Origin: Lama guanicoe
Taxonomy: Eukaryota
Direction: 5' to 3'
Length of the DNA stretch: 64,000 nucleotides
NCBI GenBank assembly: GCA_013239625.1
Contig: MU053365.1
Location: forward strand, 2,018,115-2,082,114
Shown: positions 54,772-64,000 of the stretch, piece by piece
Numbering within the stretch: the stretch's first letter is position 1
Layout of the letters: every line of letters begins with the position of its first letter
Translations under genes and position numbers: made by a program
The notes under the pieces: model-generated
The model's database searches: none
What the model saw: the letters and a program-made list of their open reading frames with translations, nothing else
What the model was told of the DNA's origin: nothing

Positions 54772-56664
54772 CTAGCACTGCTCTAGTGCTAACTCTATTT
54801 GCTGCTCGTCATAATTATTTATCAACTTTTTAATGTGAGACAGCTTTTTGTAAAGATAATGGCATCTTTTTTTCTCTGCACAGTAAGTGGGATTAACCTG
54901 TTTCATCTTCTGATATTCCAGTGAGATTTTTTTATTAATAGCCTGATATTCCTTTGAGTCTGGAGAAAGGTACTTCCTTTTTGAATTTAGGGAAATATAT
55001 GTCTTAGATAAAGTCATTATCTTGGTATACAGGGCCTTGTATTCATCATATTCTACTCGAAATATCTGCTCATAGCGCTGACGTTGCTCAGAGGAGACTA
55101 TGGTGACGTAGTCAGTCAGGTAATCCGGAAAGTCAGACGTTGAGCAGGTGTTGTCAGAGGCAGTGCCAACGTTTTGAACTTCTTCACTTGAATTCAGGTT
55201 TTCACCTTCACCTTGTCCTTCGCGATCTGTCTTCGGTTTCTGTGTAATCTTAATAGTGTACTCCTGGTTCTTTACTTTATGTTCCGTAATTTTACACCTG
55301 AACTGCCCATCAGACAAAAGATCTTTCGAACACTTCATTTGAATTGAAATAGAGGCTATCTTTTCAAAAGTGTATTCACCCTCTTGGCCCTCAGGGGTCG
55401 TACTGTTTTGACTAAAACTGTCAACATCTGAATCTTGAGCCTCGGGTCCTTCTGTAGAGCTGCAGAAGCTGCAGCTGGAACTTACAGGCTGAGGAGGACT
55501 CCAAGTGGGAAGGTAGGCTGTGGGCGATGGTTGCATGATGTGATCGGGGGCAGCTTCCAAGGGTGGTGAGTGACCCGCAGCAGAGCTGTTACTGGTGTCA
55601 CTCAAATGACCGCTTGACGTTGTCTGTACTGTAGTTGTCACGTGAGATATTCTAACTTTTCTTTTCTTTGAACAATCAATAACAGCTGAATCGAGAAGCT
55701 GTTCCTCAGAATGAGACAACGTTTCATCTCTACTGGAAGCTAGAGAAGCTTCTGGGGGGTTGGTGCCAGTAGCATTCTGAAATGGACATAGTTTTCTGGA
55801 AAGCACCAAGTCCAATGTCTGCCTATCTAGTTCATTGTATCCAGGCCAGTCTCTTTGGAGCTCTTTAAAAGCATAATCCTTTAAAGTATATGAAAGAGTA
55901 CGAGGATTCAGACTGGCTACCTGCTGCAGAATTTTTCCAAGGGAGTTCTTGTCACTTTTGGGGATGCCATCTTTCTGAAGTCGAACAAAGAGTTCAGGTT
56001 TCTTGTAGTCCCTCAGCGCCAATAAGTGAATTACCCTGTCCCTTAATGGCCGCATGTGGACCCTGTTGGCCACGCGTGATTTTCTAACTGTATATGCAGG
56101 GTTAATGGGAGCTGTTCTTTTTCTCTCAGGTACTGGATCTGGATTGGCTTGAGGCGCTTTCCGAACTGGCCTTCTTTTCTGTGTATCTGGTCTTCTAAAT
56201 CTCCTCCCTCTGTTGCAGGGTTCCTCCTCTCCCTGGGTCTTTCTTGTTTGCGACGTCTGGTAAGAGTCGGTTGTTTTACATTCCGTCATTTCATCTTGCA
56301 CCAAGTGCCAGCCACTGGGCTGTGAGGGACTACAGCTTGAGACTGTTGGTTGGGTATGATGTTGATAATTGTCTTCATGCACATTTGACAACTGATAGTC
56401 AAAGTTGTATATATCAGTGGGTGAATTGTCTGGGGGGATTATGAGAAGCCCTTGGTGTCCTTGGAATTGAAAAGCAGCTTGAGGGGCTACTGTGTTCTCA
56501 TGGTTCCCAGAAGAGTCAATTGGCTGAATGGCTGGGCTGGTAAGCTGCCTGGGCAGCACAGAGACATCGCCCTGCCTTGGCTCTATGCTGGCTGTCTCCT
56601 CCATGACCGCGTCTCCATCCTGGTGTACCACTGCCCTCACTGCTCTGCCTCCATAAACTGACAT
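54772..56664 (-). CDS. ELL2-like RNA polymerase II elongation factor; intronless retrocopy/retrogene with intact ORF
   Basis: Single stop-free frame. The track start at 56706 is GTG; the first ATG is 56664 and the second, 56604, lies in a strong gtcATGG context. Collinear ELL2-like motifs: FQFQGHQGLLIIP, RKAPQA..PERKR..PINPA, RPLRDRVIHLLALRDYKKPEL..RLQKDG, YTLKDYAFKELQRDWPGY, VDSFSQN, PDYL..Y..I.S.EQRQ.Y...F..EYDEY.AL, RCHYLYKKLSHIKKLI. Parental ELL2 is multi-exon and near-invariant in mammals, so this is a derived copy and no symbol is given. Confidence 0.9.
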   Translation of the reverse strand: MSVYGGRAVRAVVHQDGDAVMEETASIEPRQGDVSVLPRQLTSPAIQPIDSSGNHENTVAPQAAFQFQGHQGLLIIPPDNSPTDIYNFDYQLSNVHEDNYQHHTQPTVSSCSPSQPSGWHLVQDEMTECKTTDSYQTSQTRKTQGEEEPCNRGRRFRRPDTQKRRPVRKAPQANPDPVPERKRTAPINPAYTVRKSRVANRVHMRPLRDRVIHLLALRDYKKPELFVRLQKDGIPKSDKNSLGKILQQVASLNPRTLSYTLKDYAFKELQRDWPGYNELDRQTLDLVLSRKLCPFQNATGTNPPEASLASSRDETLSHSEEQLLDSAVIDCSKKRKVRISHVTTTVQTTSSGHLSDTSNSSAAGHSPPLEAAPDHIMQPSPTAYLPTWSPPQPVSSSCSFCSSTEGPEAQDSDVDSFSQNSTTPEGQEGEYTFEKIASISIQMKCSKDLLSDGQFRCKITEHKVKNQEYTIKITQKPKTDREGQGEGENLNSSEEVQNVGTASDNTCSTSDFPDYLTDYVTIVSSEQRQRYEQIFRVEYDEYKALYTKIMTLSKTYISLNSKRKYLSPDSKEYQAINKKISLEYQKMKQVNPTYCAEKKRCHYLYKKLSHIKKLINNYDEQQIELALEQC

Positions 56665-56674
56665 ATAGTCATGT

Positions 56675-56700
56675 CTGCAAAGGTCAAAGTTTAAATAGTA
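56675..56700 (-). promoter_or_regulatory. Candidate 3' splice acceptor immediately upstream of the retrogene ATG
   Basis: Minus strand reads tactatttaaactttgacctttgcAG|acatgactatATG; the exon would begin at 56674, 10 nt before the first in-frame ATG. Confidence 0.5.
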
Positions 56701-58037
56701 AAACACTTTCCTTGGTGAAAATTGAATCTCTTATTGCTATTGTTTATAAAACTATAATTATGAAAGTTTTTTCCCCCAGTGTAACAAAGGCAAGACGTGT
56801 CTCTGGTTGAGATAGAACTTGGGGAGGTAGAGTTGGTTGTAAAGATAATCACTTCCCAATGTTCTTCCTTTCACAGTTTTACTTTCTCTTCAGGAGGAAG
56901 TTAACCCTAAGTCAAGAGTGCTAAATCTTTCTCTGAGCCCAGTGCATGACCTCCTCCCACTAAATCCAACATCAAGTAGAGGTACTTATGGGGAGATTAA
57001 CAGGTGCCTCGAGCTTATGGAAACTAGAGGGGAAGGAGTCCACAGAGCATAATTAGCATTAACTTTGCCCTATATTTACTCTGGCTTGCAAGTGGGCTGT
57101 CAAGTCCTTCTTGGCATTGGAGCCTGGCCTATCATTAAGGGATCTCATTTAATAGCTGAACACATTATTGTGTTTTAATAGTGGGTAAAAGCCAACATTT
57201 TAGAGGTGCTCATTTCTCTTTCCAACTTTCTAACCAGCACCAATGAGTGGCAGGCATTTTCATCTCCTGAGCTTACCACTGATGTCCACTATTGTGCTTC
57301 ACTGCACCCCCCCCCCCCCCTTAGGAGGGTCCTCAGCAAATCACAGGATTAGCCAGGTAAAATTGCCCATACTGAAAGAAATCTTGTACCTAGGCATGCT
57401 AGACATGTACATTCAATCATAGAATAAACACAGATTATCAGAAACTCCAAGCAGTTCCAACTAGTTTCACCCCAAAAGATAAAAGGCTCAATTCTCTCTC
57501 CTTACCCTCTTCACACTCCCAGTCCATCTTATTCTCAGATTTCCCAGCCTTTACTCATGGCAGCACTTTCTACCTCATCACACAACTAGAAAACCTCAGC
57601 ATCATCTTCCACTAGTCCTTCAAACATACTTGTCATTAATTTTCCTCCAAAACAACTAGTCAGCCACCACATATGTCATTCATCCACTAGACAGTTACCG
57701 AATACTGATCACGTGCCAGAAAGTATTCTAGGTGCTTGGGAATACTGCAACGAACAAAATAGAAACAAACAAAAATCCTCAGTCTCATAATGCCAACACT
57801 CTTGTCAAGTTTTTCTACCAAAAATTTCAACCCCCTCACCATTCCTCTCCCATACTACAGTCTTTGTCCTAATTTAGGCCCAAAGTATCTTAGCCAATGT
57901 TACATGCTCTCTTCCTAGCTTGATTTCTTGCCTCCAGTCTTTTCTTCTTCTATATCATTTTCTAAACTGACAGCAATGACTCCGATCAACTTTACTTTAA
58001 AACAAGTGATAGTTCCCATTACTTCAAGAATAAAATT

Positions 58038-58441
58038 AATGAAAATGTGCTCAACACTACTAATCATCAGGGACATGCAAATCAAAACCACAATAAGCTA
58101 TCGCTTCACACCTGTTAGAATGCCTAGCCTCTGAAAGACAAGAGATAACAAATGTTGGTGAGGAAGTGTAGAGAAAGGAACACTCAGGCACTGTTGGTGG
58201 GAATGTAAATTGGTGCAGCCTCAGTGGAAAACAGTATGGAGGTTCCTTAATCAATTAAAAATAGAACTACCATATGATACAGAAATCCCACTTCTGGGCA
58301 TTTACCCAAAGGAAATGAAAATGGGATCTCAGAGAGATATCTCTACTCTCATGTTCATTGCAGCATCATTCACAATAGTGAAGACTTGCAAACAACCTAA
58401 GTGTCCATCAATGAATGAATGGATAAAGAAGATGTGGGGTG

Positions 58442-58493
<52 letters not shown>

Positions 58494-59012
58494 ATATACA
58501 ATATTGTCCAGCCATGAGAAAGGACATTCTGCTATTTGTGACAAGATGGATGGACCTAGAAGACATTATGCTTATTGACATAAGTCAGAGAAAGACAAAT
58601 ACTGTATGGTATCACTTATATGTCAAATCTGAAAAAGCCAAATTCATAGAAACAGAGACTAGAATGGTGGTTACCAGGGGCTGGTGGGTAGGGGTAAAAA
58701 GGAAATACTGGTCAAAGGATACAAACTTCCAGTTGTAAGATGAGTAAGTTCTCAGGATCTAATGTAAAGCATAGTGGTTATTGTTAATAATACTGTATTA
58801 TGTGATTGAAAATTGCTAAGAGAGTAGATCTTAAGTGTTCTCACCACAAAAAAAGAAATGGTAACTAGGTGACATGATGCAGGTGTTAGTCAATGTTTTA
58901 TGGTCCTAATTTTTTTAATATAAAAGTGTATCAAACCAATATGTTGTATATCATAAAGTTAGACAATGTTATATGTCAATTATATCTTAGTAAAGTTGAG
59001 AAAAAAGAGAAA
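58038..59012 (+). mobile_element. L1MA-type 3' fragment inserted into an L2
   Basis: Track ORFs give LIIRDMQIKTTISYRFTPVRM and VQPQWKTVWRFLNQLKIELPYDTEIPLLGIYPKEMK; gctaagagagtagatcttaagtgttctcaccaca; contains (TG)n(TA)n at 58448-58490. Confidence 0.92.
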
Positions 59013-59019
59013 AAAGTAA

Positions 59020-59510
59020 TACCCTTTGGTGTGGCATACAAGACCCTTCTAACTCTGTTCCCAATTCTGTTCTAATTCTGTTCTCCTAAAGCGTGTGCTA
59101 TGTGTCTAATTGCTGCATTGATCTATTTACTATTCTCTGAATATTCTCCCCAACTTTTTCCTATCTGCCTTTCACTTGAAATTTCTTCTGCCCTCTAATG
59201 CTCTTCCCCCAGATCTTTGCTTGCATTTCTCCTTTATTTACCGTCTTTGCACAACCACTCTGTCTGAAGTCGTGACCCATACACACACACACTCCAGTGA
59301 TCTTTCTACTATCTTGTTCTGCTTTTCTTTATAGAACACTTACCTATTCAAAATTATATTACATATATTTGTTTAATATGGGTCACCTTCACCAGAATAT
59401 GAGGTTAACGAGGGCTTGGGTTTTGTCAGTTTTTGGCATTGCTGTATTCCGAGTGCCTGGCACACATAGTAAGCACTCAATACGTATTTGGTGAGCAAAT
59501 GAATGCATCG
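59020..59510 (+). mobile_element. L2 3' end
   Basis: gtgcctggcacacatagtaagcactcaatacgtatttggtgagcaaatgaatg terminus. Confidence 0.8.
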
Positions 59511-59639
59511 ACTCTCTCTGCTTTTAAATCTCACTCATATTGGGTTCAGCTAGTTAAATTTCTTCTCAACCTTAGAAGCTCAGCTCAAATGCCACACCAT
59601 ATGTAAGATCTTCCTCCATTCAAAAGTAATACTTCCCTT

Positions 59640-59779
59640 GGGGGGAGGGTATTGCTCAAGTGGTAGAGTGTGCGCTTAGCATGCACGGGGTCCTGGGTTC
59701 AATCCCCGGTACCTCCTCTAAAAGAATAAATAAATAAACCTAATTACCTCTCCCCCCAAAAAATATTTTTATAAAACCC
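59640..59779 (+). mobile_element. tRNA-derived SINE, camelid vic-1-like
   Basis: A and B boxes, aataaataaataaacctaattacctc tail; perfect 13-bp TSD taatacttccctt at 59627-59639 and 59780-59792. Confidence 0.92.
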
Positions 59780-60399
59780 TAATACTTCCCTTCATTATAA
59801 TCTCAGAGCACTTTGTATTACCCCCATGAGAAACATCACCCACTGCATCATATATTATTTATGTGTCTGCCTCCTCCATTAGATTCTGACTCCATATCTG
59901 TGGCAACTACATGCTACTCAAATTTGCAAGACCCTTCTTTTTTGTCCCCGGGATCTCACTCTAGAAGTAGCAGGTACATAGCAGAAGGCGTTCTTTAAAT
60001 ATTTATTTAAAGAATGAATAATAGTACCTTTGCTTTTCTCCTGGCAAAGATATATTACTGTCGCTTCAAGGAGTTATATTGTCTGTTAATGACAGGGAGA
60101 TGTTCTGTTCCTCTTTAAGATTTTTTTTCACGTTCCTGTTAGCTGCACAGTACATTTGTATTTTAAAAAGTGAAATCACTGTTTCAGGGACAATGTAAAA
60201 TACTTCCTCAAAAAACCAATGCACTGCTTGCTGAAGTACACTCAGCAATATAATGTTCTAAGGTATGCACAAATGCTTTGTTTCATTCTTCCTGGAGACC
60301 TCTAGTAGACACAGAAAGAAATAATATATCCTTTAGTATCTTTAACTCTGCAACCTTTGGGAGAATAAATAAAATATTTCTCGGCTAGGTCTATTCCCA

Positions 60400-61000
60400 T
60401 TGGAAATAACAACAATAAAATATCCCTTAGGAAGAGCCTGGGAAGGGGGGCATACTGCGACAAATACAAAATGGGATTGACAGATGTAAAAGAAGACTTG
60501 AAAACATGAAGAAAGAGTTCATGATTTCTGAAAAGAAAATTGAATATTGTCACGATGCCAAATATTTCCAAATTACTACATGCAGTTAGTCCAATCACAA
60601 TAAAAACTTGAGCAGGACTGTTTTCTTTAAGCCTGTCAAAACTATTATAAAATTCAGCTCTAAGAAGAGCTAAAAGAATTTCACAAAGGAGACTAACAGC
60701 AGGGAGTTACCCTCACCTGATATTGTAACACAAAGCTACTGTAATTAACAGAGTGAGGAACTAGCCTGAGAACAGTGTGAAAATGAACAGATAGCTGAGC
60801 TGCAGAGCCCAGAACGTAACAGATGATTTAAAAAAAAAAAGCATCAGTAATCAATGTAGAAAGGGTAGATCATTGCATGAACACTGTTTAGACAAGTTGT
60901 CAACATTTTAGCAGAAATATCAAATTGGAATCTTCCTACATAACATTATAGAATGAATTCCAGATGTATCAGAGTTTAAAAAAAAGCAACCATAAGATAA
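60400..61000 (+). mobile_element. Ancient L1M ORF2 fragment
   Basis: aaagaagacttgaaaacatgaagaaagagttcatgatttctgaaaagaaaattgaatattgtcacgatgccaa; caaagctactgtaattaacagagtgagg. Confidence 0.65.
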
Positions 61001-62467
61001 CAAATAACAGCAATAATCACAGAGAAAACAAACACGAACATAATTTATTGCATACACTGTCATTATCCTATTAAAGAGCACTCAAACTGTATGTCATCAA
61101 GCCCCCAAACTGGTATCAAAGTAAGGAAAGCTTGGGGAACAATACTAGATGTCTCTGTCTGGAAGCACACAGGAGAGTATCACAACTGCGGCCTGACCAG
61201 CAATGCTGAAGAGTCATTTGTCTGATGGGCTTTAAGAAAAAACTAACTGATCAAAGTATTGAATATTATCCTAACTTTCTTATTAAGTAGGTAGCAATAA
61301 TAAATTCTATTCTAACAAAATTGAATTCCCCTTCTAAATTGTCTAGCTTACCATGTTATTACCATGAAATAGATGTTTAGTTCACAAGGCACTATGTGAT
61401 TGGATGAGAATAACCAATAAAATGACTGCACACTGATGTATTTTGAAAGGTCACTGGTCAAGTGCTGTCCCATTTTGGCAAGCCGTTCATAATTCTACCT
61501 GGCTCTCCAGCAAATGCTGAAGCAGTTAAAATGACAAAACGCTATTCATCCATCTTATCATACTTTGATAATGCTTCACAACCTGCCTCTGACTACTGTG
61601 GTCACTCCACTCAAAATAATTAGGCCACCAAAGTCCAAACTCTGGACAATCCTCTGTGAGAGAGCAGGAGGCACAGGGAGCTGGGCCTGCTCATTTACAC
61701 CAGGTATCCTCACTGGTTTTGTAGTAAAACAAAGTCAAAAACAGTTAGATCCAGTTATCAAACCTCTTGAAGTCTAGCTGAGTTTAGGTCTAATTCTATC
61801 ATTTCTCACCTATCCATTGTTCATTGTCATCCTCCAAATGTCAAGCTCCAAGTGGCTCTACTGTCTTCTCCACCTGTCTTAACACTCCTCTGAACTGCCT
61901 TTGTTCTGTAACCATCCACATTCCTACCCTTCTAGAACTCTGACATCACAATTAGCCATCTCCTCTAACATTCCCCACCCCCAGTCTTAAAGTGAAACTC
62001 AGCTTTCTCCAAATATGCTACTTTATCCCTCTCAAAATGAGCCCACTTCTTTTCTCTGATTCCTTGTAATTCAACATCGGCAAATGAGAACACCCTTTTT
62101 GTTGCTGTCTAGTGATAATATGAGAATCATATTACTCATTGACTCATAAAGTTACCTCCTCCTCTGAGGCACAAACCGACTGATTATAACCCTTGTACCA
62201 TCAAACTCCTAACCATGGTCTCCTCTCTGTGGTGAATCTCACACACTCTTCCCTCAGCTCTGCTGGCTTCAGCCGTACTGACCTTCATTTGATCCCTAAA
62301 ACACACCCGTCTCGTTTCTGTCTTGAAGGATTTGTATACGCCGGTGCCCTGCTGGCAATATTCTCCATTATCAGTCTGCTTCCTGTGCCTCCACACACAA
62401 CTCTCACTGCCTATGAAGCCCCGAGTCATCCTCCTAGTCCCCATTTAAATACCCTTAATAGAGCATC

Positions 62468-62840
62468 TATTAGTCAGGAACTTAGCAAGAAACAGATGGC
62501 ATGTCCAAACTAGAATACTTAAAAGAGGGCTTAACTAAGACACTACTTACATAGACGTGGACACATGTAGGGAAACTTCAAGAGACTACAGTACCCTAGG
62601 GCAACTAACACCACTAGAGCAGGAGATAAGGGGGGAGAGAACTGGACAGTAAGAGCGCCATGGAGAAGTAAGTACGGTGACAGATGGTCAAGGGACAAAA
62701 CCAGCCCAAGACAGTCATGCGAGGAGGAGGGAGTTAGAGGAATAAATATATCTCCTTTTGATCCTTCCTTCCTCTAATCTACCAGAGCATCCCCACTGGG
62801 CAAACCAAACCAGAAGTCAGAGAACATCGAGTGTTCTGTA
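62468..62840. mobile_element. ERVL-type LTR fragment
   Basis: tattagtcagg..aagaaacagatggcatgtccaaactag..ccccactgggcaaaccaaaccagaagtcagagaac. Confidence 0.6.
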
Positions 62841-63799
62841 TCGGTCGGCTTCCTGTTACGGATCCTCGTTGGTACTCGGGAACAAGTCAGTTTTCCCTAT
62901 TAAACACCATGTAGTGCTCTGTATTTATTTTCTTTTCAGATAGCTAAGCCTATATGTTGTCCTTTTAGTAACAATCCTCCTCCTTAGGTTTTAAATTCTT
63001 GAAGAAAGAGTATGGCTTCTATATATTTTATAATATACAGCCTAATGTTATAGCTCACAACTCTGAATTTGCAGCAACATTCACATTCCTCTTGGTACAT
63101 ATGTGCCAGTAGTCAACGTCAAAGCCCTCCATGACACTACAGAACATGCTAACAATATGATGGCTTTGAAGGGCAATGTTTCCATTAAAATTTGAAAGCA
63201 CAGTCTTGTATGTGTTAGGTTCATGCTTCTAGTCCACACTTCTGTGTATCTATGTGCACCGATTATAGATTAACTTATTCTTCAGGTGACTTTGTAATAC
63301 TCCTTGTTTTTGACTCAGGGTTTCATAGCCTTATGGAATAAACTCTTCCACATACTCAAATTTCTTCTCTTACGATTTTCACAGTAATCTACATCAGTGC
63401 TGTGCTCTGTTTTCCTGAGAATACAATGAAATAGAACGTAAATCTACAAAGACAATTGGAAATGCCCTCTTTCAACTAGTGTGTGGAGTATAATGAATTG
63501 AGTACTTCCTCGGGTAGAGACCATTTCAAGGGAAGATCATGTTCCCACCTTCCTCCCTCCCTCAAATTCCCTTGACTTAGTGCTGAGATCCTTGTTCCTA
63601 CCAAAGCAGTGGTATAGCTTTTTTTCTATCTCTCTGGCCAAGTAGAAACTAAGAAAAGTCAGTTATCAAGACCTTCCCAGGAACCTGAGACAGTAGCCAT
63701 TCTCCTGTATTCTGACTGATCTCCTCAACACTGGTAGCCACTTACCTTTGGACTGCTCTCTAAGTAGTTTTCCTTTCCATTCAGAACAGAATATTACAA

Positions 63800-64000
63800 A
63801 AGAAGTTGTGGTGTATTTATACAATGGAATACTGCTCAGCTATGAAAAAGAATAAAATCATACCATTTGCAGCAACATGGATGGACCAGGAGATTGTCAT
63901 TCTAAGTGAAGTAAGCCAGAAAGAGAAAGAAAATACCATGATATCACTTATATGTGGAAGCTAAAAAAAAAGAGAAGTAAACTTACTTACAGAACAGAAA
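63800..64000 (+). mobile_element. L1 3' fragment of the same family as 17262-18690, cut by the window edge
   Basis: Closely matches ~18184-18400 (gccatttgcagcaacatgga..ggagattgtcattctaa.tgaagtaagcca.aaagagaaagaaaa). Confidence 0.92.

Noticed and set aside
55890..56661. Three plus-strand ORFs antisense to the retrogene
   Set aside because: Short (65-69 aa) shadows of the GC-richer coding strand, with no recognisable features.
54772..56664. Calling the ORF ELL2 itself, or occludin/MARVELD2/OCEL1
   Set aside because: It is intronless and too diverged to be the parental gene. It has no transmembrane MARVEL domain, and its similarity to ELL2 is full-length.
56665..56706. N-terminal extension MFYYLNFDLCRHDY of the 644-aa track ORF
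   Set aside because: It starts at GTG, has no ELL2 similarity and overlaps a probable splice acceptor; eukaryotic initiation at ATG 56664 or 56604 is more likely.
57307..57320. C14 run upstream of the retrogene as a G-quadruplex or promoter element
   Set aside because: An isolated homopolymer with no CpG island or other supporting signal.
1..64000. Prokaryotic-type systems (CRISPR arrays, operons, defence islands)
   Set aside because: The sequence is mammalian repeat-rich DNA with very low coding density and no regularly spaced repeat-spacer array.

Overview
AT-rich, repeat-dense mammalian genomic DNA, not prokaryotic. It is most likely camelid: three copies of a tRNA-derived SINE resemble the camelid vic-1 family, each with target-site duplications (TSDs). 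Much of the window is decayed interspersed repeat (L1 of several ages, L2, MIR, MaLR/ERV LTRs, hAT and Tigger MITEs), which explains many of the short ORFs in the track. The one convincing protein-coding feature is an intronless, uninterrupted minus-strand ORF (54772-56664; 630 aa from the first ATG) homologous along its whole length to the Pol II elongation factor ELL2, i.e. a retrocopy. It is heavily diverged yet has no premature stop. It keeps the central winged-helix-like and C-terminal occludin/ELL domains, while the N-terminal domain and Lys-rich tract have drifted. It also has a splice acceptor just 5' of the ATG and is CpG-enriched, so it looks like a functional, possibly repurposed, retrogene. 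Weaker signals are a chain of phase-compatible minus-strand exon candidates at 14.2-16.6 kb, an L1-retroposed LTR transcript, and a diverged 330-bp direct repeat. Repeat names and ELL2 comparisons come from recall of consensus sequences, not from searches, and most repeat boundaries are approximate.
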